Shown piece after piece: positions 26,201-38,540 of a stretch of 64,000 nucleotides of DNA. The translations under genes were made by a program, and so were the position numbers. The stretch's first letter is position 1; every line of letters begins with the position of its first letter. Below the pieces are notes generated by a model. The model saw only the letters and a program-made list of their open reading frames with translations, was not told the origin of the DNA and did no database searches. Origin of the DNA: Marsupella aquatica (taxonomy: Eukaryota; Plantae; Marchantiophyta); the NCBI GenBank assembly GCA_973895155.1, contig OZ316892.1, positions 820,917 to 884,916 on the forward strand, given 5' to 3'.

Positions 26201-28502
26201 TTGTAGGCACATTTCAAAAGTTTTGTCAATCCTTTGTGACCCTGGTATGATATGGAGCAGGTATTAGGTAGTCTTTTGGGGAGAAAAACCGCTTAAGCTC
26301 CTTGACAAGTGTTTGACATAGAATCCCACCCTTGTTTTTGGCGCCGCTGCCGGAGACAACTCCTTGCAATTTTTGTTGTGGGAGTGGAGCCACAAGACTT
26401 GGAGGTGTGTTTGCAGGTTGGTTGTTCAAGAGGAGGGAGATATAAGAAGGTGATTGTGAGTGGCATGCCCACTACAAGGAGTCAAGCACTAAGAGAAGCC
26501 TCTCTTAGTTCTAACTTTGGGGACCAGTTGGAGCAACCAGATTGGGTGGACATTCATTTGCAAGCTGAAGCGGAACCCAGTGTAGGGTGGAGTGATACAT
26601 CCTCTTCCACTTCCAACACAAGTGAAGAGCAAGAAGCAGCCATGGTAGTGACTCAAAGAGCAAGATTTCAGTACAAGACATTCCATGGCAAGCCCAAGGA
26701 GGATCCTGATGCTTGGTTGGAGGACTTCATTGGGACAGCCCAAGCCAATGGAGAGTTTGATATTAAGTTGACCACTTTGGCGGGTGTCTTGAGAGGAGAA
26801 GCAAGACCTTGGTTCAACAACCTATCAAATGCCACCAAGAATGATTGGGATGTCTTCAAGCTAGCCTTCTTGCAGGAGTTTAGGAAGGTGGGAGAAGAAT
26901 CAGAAGCTTTGATGAAGATGGGAGAGATCAGAATGGGATCCAAGGAGTCAATAAGGAGGTTTCTACAAAGGTTTCAAAGGTTAGCTACCAAGCTTGACCC
27001 TAGACCAGTAGACTCCATGTTGTTGGCATGGTTTGTGGCAAGCCTACCCAAGAAGATGGGTGTCTCCGTAAGGCAAGCCCACCCTAATACTTTGGAGGAG
27101 GCCATTGAGGCAGCTCAGTCTTATAGGAGTGCTGAGATCTCAAGTTCCAAGAGTAGGAGAAAGAAGAAGCGATTTGCCCATAGTGATTCTTCTTCTAGCT
27201 CAAGTGACTCAAGTAGTTCAGTTGAAGATACTTCTGATTCAGAATCTGAGGAGAGTACTTCCAGTTCAGAATCAGATTCAGAAGCGGATTCTGAGGAGGA
27301 CTCTGAAAAGAAGAAGAAGAAGAAAAAGAAGAAGGCAAAGAAAAAAAGCGACCAAAAGAGGAGAGCCAGCAAGAAGAAGCCAGGTGGTAAGCACCACAAA
27401 TCTGCAACCTTCAACTTGGTGGAAGGTTCTACACCAGCACGCAAGGAGAAGAAGTTGATGGACAACAAGATGAGTGAGATCACCAACCAACTCAAGGCCC
27501 TATCAGTTCAATTTGCTGGTATGCAACCTGATAGGAGAAAGGTGCCGGTGAATAGAGCCCATGTATGGTGTGTCAAGTGCAAAAGTTTTGGCCATACACC
27601 TCAGGAGTGCCAAGGTTGGAGGAATCAAGTTCAGTATGTCAATGAAGAGCCCAGTGAAGTTTATCAAGCAAGCGAAGTGGTGGACTACTTCTATGAAGAA
27701 GCCCCAGAGATGGTGTACCAGATTTTGGGAGGCCCAAGAACTTTGCAAGGAAGACCAGCTCCACCCATGGCACCTCAACTTATGTCTGGTCTTCAACCAA
27801 GAATGGTGGATCAAATAGGACCTCAAGGACCTGGGGGAGTGGCAAGAACTACCGTGGTGATCTGCTGGAATTGTCAAAAACCAGGGCACTATTCCAATAG
27901 TTGCCCTGAACCAAGGAGACAAGGACAAGGAGCTCCCTATCATCTTTGTGTTGTTTGCAAAAGAGAGGGTCATACCACAACCAACTGTCCTATTGGATCG
28001 GCTGCCAAGATGATGGTAGGAAGGGTGGAAGCTCCTCAACCAGTGGTTGCCAAAGCTCCTAGTGAAGCCACAGTGAACTTCTTGAGTATGGAATGGCAAG
28101 AGGAGACCAAAGATGGAGTGACACAAGTTGCTAATGGGGAGTACCAGCCAGATCTACCGAGAATGGAGACACCTGAGGAGGAAGCTGTGTGTTACAAGGT
28201 GTCTACCAGGTCCACAAGAAAGAAGGAAAGAGTAGAAGACAGGAAGAAGAGGAAGGAAAGAAAGGAGCACTCAACGGAATCACCAACCAAAGTTGAAGTT
28301 AGAGCAGAAGTTCAAGTCCCACCAGCTGAAGATAGTGACTACAAAAGGGACCATCCAAAGCTCTTCTATCCCAAGGTGAATGAGGAAGTAATGAGGCAAT
28401 TGGAGGAGATGGAGGCTAAGGAGCATCAAGAGGCCATCAACAAAGACCTGAAGGTTGCTAAAGCTTTGAAGGAAGAAGCTGAGGTGGAAGAGAAGAAGGA
28501 GA
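23219..28502 (+). mobile_element. Truncated Ty3/Gypsy (Athila/Tat-like): about 3.1-kb 5' LTR + PBS + gag; pol and 3' LTR lost
   Basis: LTR-like TGTGGAATGAC..TTTGACA (23219-26318) with a TATA-like motif near 25476. PBS-like TGGCGCCGCTGCCGG at 26339. gag follows and is fused directly to MULE sequence at about 28503. Confidence 0.75.
26465..28502 (+). CDS. gag: Gag (retrotransposon capsid domain + three CCHC zinc knuckles), 3'-truncated
   Basis: FHGKPKEDPDAWLEDF..LRGEARPWF..ESIRRFLQRF; knuckles CVKCKSFGHTPQEC, CWNCQKPGHYSNSC, CVVCKREGHTTTNC. Homologous to the gag at 44231-46145. Confidence 0.88.
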
Positions 28503-29350
28503 CAATTGCACTTGACATGAGGCCAGCCCTGAGATATCTTTCAATCTTTGTACGTAGCTTCAATGAGATCCATGGTGCAATATGGGCATTTGCTGCAAAG
28601 GCTGTCTTGTCTTGGAGACCATGACAAACCCTATCTTGCCGGTCCAAATGGTGCCTTCAGATCCATTTGATCAATAGGGCCTATGGCCGATCCTCAAATT
28701 TAGTGGCGATGAAAGAGCATCGGCAGCCATGGCGCACAGACATTCCTGTGAATTGAAAGGAAGGCAGGAGATACTGAATTAAAATTCAGTTCAGATGAAC
28801 AGCGCACCTGCATTTACTTCATGGAATGCCAACGGGTATGCGAAGGAGTTACATATTTACTTGTTACAGTTTTTGTTTTCAAGAAGACACCTCCTTCGTC
28901 GGATTTCAACTTGTTTGGAACCTTCTTTGATTTCCATCCTCTATAGTCCTCGGGACCAAAGCAGCAACAATACAATGTTGTTGTCTTCACCAAGGGGCCA
29001 GTTTTGAAAATTCTGTTCTCCAACATTTGCCTGGTAGTGAATTCAATATGAAAATCTGCCCGCATGTTTCCGCTCCACATGAAATCCTTAAGTCTACATT
29101 CCGGGATCCAAGCAGAGTCAAAACTTGACCCAAACCATTCGAGACCACTAGAATCAAATTCCCCTGAAGGTGGATCCTGGATTTTATCACACGATAATTT
29201 CTCGCAAAAGCTCTTGTGGATACATGGGGTTTTCCTTGGCTTGATATGAACATGAGGTAAATAACCATCTTCAATATTCAGACCTCGTAGCTGCTCCAGC
29301 ACACAATCGAGAGCATCTGGTACCACTCCGTCCAGCGGCGTCACATTCAC
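28503..29350 (-). pseudogene. N-terminal part of a SWIM-family MULE transposase
   Basis: IQDPPSGEFDSSGLEW..AWIPECRLKDF..YCCCFGPEDYR and HLDRQDRVCHGLQD..APWISLKLR..GL resemble the N-terminus of plant MULE-derived SWIM zinc-finger proteins. Confidence 0.7.
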
Positions 29351-29790
29351 TTCGTTGAACCCTCCCTGAATGTTTAACGTGGGTAATTCTTGAGGTATGT
29401 CATTCGCTTCAATAAACTTGGATATCTGTTCCTACAAGAATGTAACACACATTTGGCGTGCCAAGAGAAATGACAGGTTCCAAGTGTGGACATGACGACC
29501 ATGGACTCATACAGGTGCCACCTTCCAGGCCGTTGCTTCCACTGACATCGCCCATTGCAATTCCACATTCAAATCACCAAGAAACAGACGCACACAAACA
29601 CTGTACCGTGTGAACCATTTACAAAATCACGTGGCAAGGAATGAGAATGTGAGAATGTGCAAGGAACGCACATTCTCTCGATAGAATGTACTCATTCGGG
29701 GAAGTGTGCACACTGACATCCCGCTCAAAAATGTATACACATTTGAAACAGTAGCAGCCCCTGTATAGATATAGTAAGGGTTTATGTCTA

Positions 29791-30180
29791 CGACTCACGA
29801 ATCCGGTCGAATTCATGATAGCGGGTGACCAAGGTAAACGGGCGATGATCGCCGAGTCCAGGGTCGCGTGGTGCGGAAGGGGACTCGCGTCCCTATGGCG
29901 AGAGGGACAGGGCCAGGGATAGGGTTTAGGGCGCGGGATGAGGGCACGGGAGGGATAATGGCGAGAGGGACAGGGCCAGGGATAAGGTTAAGGGCGCGGG
30001 ATTAGGACGCGGGAGGGATAAGGGCTCGCGGCGGGGACAAGGCGACGGAGCCTTTGGTTGGCGCTGCCCGAATGCATTTGATGCCTGCGCGATTCCATTA
30101 CGCCACTGTAAACACTGTGAGGGTGTAATCACCCCTCTAATGGCGCATTGATTGGCATCGATATTGCCAATCACGCTGAA
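29791..30180 (-). repeat. MULE right TIR
   Basis: Inverted copy of 20980-21370, followed by TSD TAACTTCTCA. Confidence 0.93.
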
Positions 30181-31697
30181 TAACTTCTCAACAACACTTA
30201 ATTTGTAATGATTTAAGGTATTGAACTTGTAAGGACATTTATGGAATGAAATGCTTTACTGGGATGGTTATTAGGGTGCCGTCTACATATCTCAACCTTT
30301 CCTTCCAAGATACTCAGTTAGGATTAACAACCAATCACTTCAGTATCCAGTCGGTACTTGGAGTCAGAAATCACAATCACCGTCATCAACAAACTAAATC
30401 ATGGAAAATTGGTCAATGACATTCTTTGCAGGTCGTGCACAAGTAATGTCAAATCCAAAAACCACATGCATCAAGAACTTGAGTATGCATAGCCTTCACC
30501 ATCATGGAATCTATCTCTATACATTCAAAAGATTTTGACATAAAATTATGTTTTATTTCATTGCTCAGAATTCACAACATTCAAAGTCAAGGAAGGGGGA
30601 AGAAATCCTTTGTATGCATTCACTCTTGACAAAAAGCCAGAGTTTCTCTCTACAAAGTGAAGCTTGCCATGCTGCAAATCTACAACACAGGGCTACATAA
30701 TTTCCTCACACCAAAAGTGTCACAAAGTTTGCTCTATATAAGTCAGCAAGAACCCCAAGGAAAAAAAGAAGATACCGAAAGGACATGCCCCTTCAGATCT
30801 CAAAGGTTCTTGACTGAGAATCAAGGGTAACAAAAATATGTTACAAGGGTGCCTAAGATACACTAAAATACTCATGGAATGTGAAACTAACTAAAAATGT
30901 CACTAGTGAAAATTGACACAAAAGTATAGTTTCAGTTTTTACCGAGAAAGTAGAAACAGTGAGTTTGTCCTAATTTTAACTTCTACACCAAAATTCAGAA
31001 TGAAGTGAAACTTTGTCAAGTGATAGATCTACATTCATATTTCATAGTGGCAAAATTTCAGACTTTTTGGAGGTGTTGTCTAGGTGCCTCAAACCATAGT
31101 TTACACTTAACCCTATAATAAGGTTACCTTTAACCTTATATGATGTAACCCAATGGCTACATAATGCCATACCTTAATGGAGAGAAGAACCTTTTATTAT
31201 GATAGAAAACCTTCTCTCACAACACGTTATCAGCACGTGTATGCTCTGGACAAAAATATAGAATAGATGACTCGATGTTTCAACGAGAAAAACATCATTT
31301 TATGGTTCACTTTCTTAATATATAACTGCCCCAACCATTTTTTTTACTCGCCATAGCCCCCAATTACCTTCCAAAATTCAACCCGATCTTGCCCTACTAA
31401 GCAACCCCCAGAGATCTTCTCTCGCCTACTCATAGTAGACAATCCCCTAGATAAGTATCCTTTAATTTTTTTTTCATCCCTGGTTGCACATCGAAGATCC
31501 AATAGAAACCCGAAGCGAATGCCAGGATCAAAAAACATTATGAGGACATGCAACAAGGCCATAATAAGAGCACGCAATAACGATTGAGACACTACAATTA
31601 TAGACGGCATCAAATCAAATCCCGATCTGCAACTGACAATGTGCGAGATATTACAATTATAGAAGACATCAAGTCGACCTCCAATCTATAATCAAAG

Positions 31698-34600
31698 ATG
31701 AGTACAGTCGAGAAACTGCTCTGGCCGGCACTAAAAGTAGACGGCTCAAATTATCTAACATGGATAACAGACGTCGAAACATATTTTGCATCCCAAAAGT
31801 TGGAAGATACACTATATATAGATGCAAATCTAACCCTGAAACAGAAAGCTAAAGCTACATTCCTGTTGCGACAACACCTATCACCGCAACTAAAGAATGA
31901 ATATATGAATGAGGTAAATCCACGAAAGCTATGGGACCAACTCAAATCAAGATTCAACCACATGCAAGAAATATGGCTCCCCGAAGCACGAAGGAACTGG
32001 CATAACCTGCGAGTCATGGACCACACATCAATCACAAACTATAACAGCGCACTATTTAGAATTACATCTCAACTCGAAATGTGCGGCCACCCAGTAAACG
32101 ATAACGACCGAATTGACAAAACATTATCAACATTCCCAGAAGCCAACATAGCACTGGGAACCCAATATCGAAATATGAATTTTATGACTTGTTTGGACCT
32201 CGTAGCCCACTTATTAGTCGAAGAGAAACAACAAATCGTAGCACTTCATAATGCAAGAAAAAGACCAGCAGGATCTGATCCACCACCCCATAGGCTAGAA
32301 GCAAATTACGGCAGCTATAACGATGGAAGACGGGGAAACACTCGAGGCAGAACAACATTTAGGGGAGGAAGAGGAAAATTCAAGGGACAGGGACGATACC
32401 ACCCCCCGAGAAGCAGTATGTTCCCAACACCTAGAAACACATGGAAACGCGGACCGAACATAGGCCGGGACAGATGGCAAAACCTCCAAAACAATACCAT
32501 GAGCAACCATCAAAAACTATGTTATAGATGTAACAAGATAGGCCACATCAGGAAAGACTGCAAAGCATCAGACCAGGATGCACAACGACATACTAATGAA
32601 AGAAACCAAACGAGACAAAACCCACAAGGCAACTACATGGAAATTGAAGAGGATATCGTAGCATACAATGAAACTGAAATGCAAATAGAAACACATACAG
32701 CCACCCCAAACCTGCAGCACACACCACTTAATGACCCCAATATAGGCATTATCGACAGCGGTACATCACATACAATACTGAAGCATAGTAAATACTTTGA
32801 ATACATCACTCCATCATCCAGAACTATGACGACCATCGCCGGACCCAATCAAATCGAAGAGGGCAAAGGCAAAGTGACAATTATACTCCCGGGAGGAACC
32901 AAAATAAATATAGCAGCAGCAATATATGCCCCAACAGCTACACGAAACTTGATCAACTTTCAAGACATACACGCAAATCAATATCAATTGAGAACAGAAA
33001 AACAAGGCGAGACCAAAACCCTGCAGATACTCCAAGACACGGCAGAAATACCACAAATCATGGAGATATTACCCTTAATACCACCTGGCCTATATGCAGC
33101 TATTATTCAAACATACCACATCAAACAGGACACATCAGATATAACACATACCTGGCATTGCAGGCTCGGTCACCCTGGAACTAACATGTATAGTAGAATT
33201 ATCAGAGACTCCACAGGAATCCCCAAGACTGCCAAACCAAATGCAATGAAGACACAATGTATGGCATGCTCGCAAGGCAAAATGATAACACGCCCATCGA
33301 TACCGAAAACCGAATATAAAATCCCCAACTTCTTAGAACAAATTAATGCGGACATCTGCGGACCTATTGACCCTCCCAGTGGCCCATTCAAGTACTTCCT
33401 AGTACTAATTGACTCCTCAACCAAATGGTCACAGATCTCCCTACTCTCAACACACAACTTGGTATTTGCAAGAATACTGGCCCACATTTTAAAATTAAAA
33501 GCTCAGTTCCCTGAGCACCCCACACGTATACTACGAGTAGATGGAACAGGAGAATTCACTTCTAAAGCCTTCGACGACTTCTGCTAGACAACTGGAATTG
33601 ATACCCAGTACTCAGTCCCACATGTACACTTCCAAAATGGCATAGCCGAATCAGTTATTAAACGACTCCAAATGGTGGCAAGACCAATGTTAATGCACTC
33701 AAGCTTACCACTATCGGCCTGGGGACATGCTATCCTCCACGCATCAGCACTACTCAAATATAGACCGTCAGCATACAACTCGAGGACCCAATATCACTTG
33801 GCATTAGGAACGTCACCGGACTTATCACACTTACAAATATTTGGATGCAAAGTTATGGTCCCCATCTTAGGCCCTAAAAGGACAAAAATAGGTCCCCAAC
33901 GACACCCAGGCATACATGTAGGATTTGATTCCACATCAATCATCAGATACCTCGAACCTACAACATCAAATTTATTCAAAGCCCGACACCAAGACTGCCA
34001 TTTCTACGAAGACCAATTCCCAACACTATCAACAGAAGCAACATTACACGATCAGATCCACCAAAACCTTAATTGGAATAACCCAAACCTCACTAACCAA
34101 GATCCAAGAACCAAAAGAGCAGATGAAGAAGTCAGACGAATCCTCCATCTCAATGAGATGCTAGAGAAAATTCCAGACTCATTCAATGATGCGGCAAACG
34201 TGACAAGGTCACATGTAGAAGCAGCAAACGTACCCGCACGAGTGCAGATCTCCAAGACCCCCGCCTCCAAAACAGCACCAAGAGAAAAACGGGGAAGACC
34301 ATCAGGAGCAAAAGACAACCACCCTCGATAGAGAAAAACCCCGGCTACGAACCCTGTAACAACATTAAGTACGGTACACTCAGAACCAATAAACACCCAA
34401 AGCTCAGATAACAAGAAATCTCGATTCAATATAAAAACACTGGATAGATATACCAACGATAGACCACAGAAATAAATGAACAGTTTGTATATCATATAGT
34501 ACAAGAAATAAAAAGTGATACACCAGACCCACTTACTCTCGGGGGGTTGACTATCAAAAATCTTAGGAACCACGTGCGATCCAAAATAGGTATTTTTGAT

Positions 34601-36599
34601 ATAAATTAACTAAATTTTTAAAAAGCGTAGGAGGCAAAAGGAGGTTATTATAAACTCATGTTCATAGAATATTCTCTAATATATACTTTTTATAAAGTAA
34701 AATAGGTTATTAATATTAAAAATAGAGAATATTCTTGGGATATTTTCTTTATAAAATAGGTCTATTTATATTAGGCTAGGATCACATGTGGTACCCCAAA
34801 ATATACACTTAGTTAACCCCCCGAGCACTTGCTATGAAAGAAGCCCAAAAGAGAACAGATTGGCCGAAATGGCAAGAGGCCATATGGACGCCCTTATCAA
34901 AAGACAGGTCTTCGGACCACTTATACAGGCACCACCAGGTAACAACTACACAGAATCCCGATTCACATTCATTAGAAATTGGAATGCGAAAGGAGAAGTA
35001 ATAAGATACAGAGCACGGCTAGTGGCGAAGGGGTATACACAAATACCAGGCAGGGATTACGACCTCACATACTCACCAGTAATGGACGCAATCACATATA
35101 GATACCTTATTACATTCTCCATACAACATAAACTTATCAACAACTTAATGGACATGGTAACTGCGTACCTTTATGGCACCCTGGACACAGAAATTTACAT
35201 GAAAGCACCTCACGAACTGATCCAGAGAGTGAAAGAATATACTCAGGGGGAGACATCCCAGAACCTGAGCCTGGACATAAAGTCGGGTATTCGACAGATC
35301 ATACCTGATGAACAGGTTAAAAAGCTCCTCATGCAAAGTGGACATACACAAGACATGCATAAGAAAATCCCTGGAAATACAGGACCTGGCAAACCGACAT
35401 TAGCCGTAAAAGTATTACGCTCCATAAATGGCCTTAAGCAGAGCGGATGGATACGGTACAAGAAGTTTAAAACAGAGATGATCAACCTCGGATTCACCAA
35501 CAATGATATTGCCCCATGTATCTTCATCAAACAAATGAAAAACAAATTCATTATACTAGCACTGTACGTCAACGATGTGAATATATTTGGGACACCCAAA
35601 ATCATCAAAGAGACTATCAGAACGCTGAAGGGAGTGTTCGAAATGAAAGACCTGGGCGAACCTACATATTGCTTAGGATTACAATTCGAGCACCTCCAAA
35701 ATGGCACCTTTATCTGCCAATCAACATACACACAGAAGATCATCAAACAGTTCAACATGCACCTATCACACCCGGTCTCCACACCAATGGAACTCCAGTC
35801 CCTTGACCCAGCAAAAGATATGTTCAGACGCAGACAAGAAGACGAACCAATATTAGGCTCAGAAAAACCCTACCTATCCGCTGTGGGAGCACTAATGTAC
35901 CTAGCAAACCACACACGACCAGACATATCGTTCTCAGTCAGCCTCCTTGCAAGACACAGCGCCCAACCGACAATCCGCCACTGGAATGGCATCAAAAGGA
36001 TATTCAGGTACCTCCAAGGCACCATAGACCTGGGCCTTTTCTTCCCGAAAGACAGCCCCGATAACCTCATTGGATACACAGACGCCGGATACCTATCTGA
36101 CCCCCAAGACTCAAAATCACAAACAGGCTATGTCTTCCTGCAAGGCACACCCGCAATATCCTAGCGTAGCACAAAGCAAACGATGACAACCACATCATCG
36201 AATCATTCAGAAGTCATAGCATTATACGAGGCATGCAGAGAAGCCCCATGGTTAAGAAGCATCATTAACCACATCAGGACCAGCACGGGCAAGTCAAAGA
36301 TAACCAAACCTACAATAATATATGAGGACAACAAAGCCTGCATAGACCAAATCGTCAACGACATTATGAAAACCGAAAGAACCAAGCACATCGATCCCAA
36401 GTTCTTCTTTACACAAGAATAGCAAGGCAAGAACATACAAGTAGAATGGATTCAATCACAGGATAACAGGGCAGATATATTCACAAAACCCCTACCTGCT
36501 GGAACTCATCGAGACCACGTCGCAGGCATAGGTATGAAAAAGCTATCAATATTAATTCAAGAAAGCAATGACATAAAATCCTTAACGACAAGCGTATAA
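31698..36599 (+). pseudogene. Copia gag-pol polyprotein with premature stops and a MITE insertion
   Basis: ALKVDGSNYLTW (gag), CYRCNKIGHIRKDC, IIDSGTSHTI (PR), WHCRLGHPG/ADICGP (IN), RARLVAKGYTQ/YVNDV (RT, YVDD mutated), IYEDNKACI/RTKHID (RH). TAG stops at 33585, 34329, 36162 and 36420. Confidence 0.92.
34538..34825. mobile_element. 288-bp MITE with 8-bp TSD inserted in the Copia pol
   Basis: TIRs CTCGGGGGGTTGACT / AGTTAACCCCCCGAG; TSD CACTTACT (34530-34537) / CACTTGCT (34826-34833). Removal restores the Copia motif TPDPLTMKEAQKRTDWPKWQEA. Confidence 0.88.
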
Positions 36600-37752
36600 A
36601 CTGCAAATGCCAATACGAACAATCTAACTATTGACGAACGGAACTGAAAGAACCAGCGAGAAGCAGCCCATATAAGAGGTTCGCAACATCCACCGCGAAC
36701 CCTTTCATACATTTCACTTCGTTTTCTTTTTCCTTCTTTGTCCATCCCTATTACTGTGATACAGATAGCTAACACTCAACAAGCCTCCACCAAGAAGGCC
36801 ACACCACAAATCGAGAGAAGACTCGTAACACATATGCCCGAAGCCGATTCACCTGAATGGCGGATCTTCAAATACACGGAACAACTCCAACAAAAAACAA
36901 CACAGCAGATCGAGATGCATAAGACCTGACAGCTAGATCGGACATGCTAGCGATGCACAGCTTGCAAGCCAAGCTTCCCCCCCGATGACTTACGAAGATC
37001 TTATGAACCTAAAGAAGTCATCTTGGAGAAAGCAAAAGACCCAGCGGAGTCAGATCGTCGATACACCAAAGACCTAACGAATCGACATTATACGAATCAT
37101 CAAATAGTATATGAAAATTATAAATGCCCATAGTATAACAAATCTATGAAATGAATGCATAACCATGCACATAGGAAACATATTATTAGACAAAATAAAA
37201 CTAGGATATCCAAAACGGAACCATTGGATCCCAATATGTAATGATGGTAGTACTCTTTCCTTGAGAAGAAAGCGGCAAGGTTTTAATGAGGCTACATCAA
37301 TGGGAATACCAATTAAATAACCTAGGGTTAAAACTGTGGTTACTTTACACACCCATAAATTAACCAAGGGGGAGTGTTGTAAACCATAGTTTACACTTAA
37401 CCCTAGAATAAGGTTACCTTTAACCTTATATGATGTAACCCAATGGCTACATAATGCCATACCTTAATGGAGAGAAGAACCTTTTATTATGATAGAAAAC
37501 CTTCTCTCACAACAGAGAGAAGTGTTATGTGTCATAAATTGCACAACTCCGGAAAACTTTCTAAGTGTCGAGAGCACCAAAGCGCCAAAACGCCAAAGCT
37601 ACAAAAAACCTTATAATTCTCAGATCACAAGTCGATTTGAGTTGAAACTTTCGGGGTAGCTTCTACTACGTAAGGGTTATCTACTGGTGAAGTTTCAGGC
37701 ATTCTTGAATACTTTAACAATTTAACAACAAATCTAATCTAACTGCAAAAAT

Positions 37753-38520
37753 TCAATCTTGCTGCATTAGAGCTTCATGGTCTGGTTGCTGTACTTGTTT
37801 GAAGATCTCTCTCTGAATGACTTCACGGATTGCATCCATATCCTTGGAGTGGTGTCGAATGAAAGGAAGTGATTTTTGCTGACGCTCTATATTCAGCTCT
37901 GGAAGTAACCGCCTAGTAAACATGGTGTTGATCTTGCTGGCTTGCATGTAAATACCAACCAGGTCATAGGAACAGCAGGAAGCATGATAGTTATATGGGA
38001 ATTTTCAAATGAATGCTTCAGTATCCCTAGCAAAATCGAGGAGTGGATGAAGGGTAGAGAAAAGAACATGCCATTTCCTAGTATAATCTTTGAGTTGCTG
38101 GGAAGTGATGTTGTTCCAGATCCTTTGTTTCTTGGTAACTGGAGTGATAAATTTCTGTTTGATGAAAGGATACTCTGGAATGTTACGAGGATCAACTCGA
38201 CTCTTCCTGTTGGTCTGCTTTAGAAATGAGATAATAAACTCAAGATGGTAGGCAGGAAGATTTCCAAAATAAGCTAAAGCTAAATCTCCATTCTCCAACA
38301 CAAATGTCACCAACCAGAATCATGGCAGCAAGGATGGGCCTGAAATATTCTGCCTCATTCCAGATTTCATCCATCTCAGCTATTTCCAAGCGAGTGGTAT
38401 CCCTCAAATGTAGCTTCAAGATATAGAGGCATTCAATTCTCCTCTTGTAATAGTAATTCCAGTATTCTAAGATGGGAGGAGTTCTGAGATCTACTACTTT
38501 AAGAAATTCAGAAAACAGTT
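37753..38520 (-). pseudogene. Unknown decayed ORF cut by the Gypsy insertion at 38541
   Basis: ORFs 38005-38313 and 37753-37947 are in one frame separated by a single stop. No domain recognised. Confidence 0.35.
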
Positions 38521-38540
38521 TGATATTCTCTGTGGTGGTC

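Larger units (their letters stand above)
20980..30180 (-). mobile_element. Mutator-like (MULE) DNA transposon, internally rearranged, with a nested Gypsy fragment
   Basis: About 390-bp TIRs (20980-21370 and 29791-30180), exact 10-bp TSD TAACTTCTCA (20970-20979, 30181-30190), and SWIM-family transposase remnants on the minus strand. Confidence 0.92.
31091..37514 (+). mobile_element. Near-complete Ty1/Copia LTR retrotransposon, Bianca-like
   Basis: Short LTRs 31091-31224 and 37375-37514 (1 mismatch in 134 bp). PBS CGTTATCAGCACG (31225-31237), the internal-tRNAiMet type of Bianca. PPT AAGGGGGAG before the 3' LTR. Domain order gag-PR-IN-RT-RH. Confidence 0.93.

Noticed and set aside
26309-28624. 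771-aa ORF as one protein
   Set aside because: Gag starts at ATG 26465. The last roughly 40 aa are the antisense of the MULE transposase after a deletion junction, so the ORF is a chimeric artefact.
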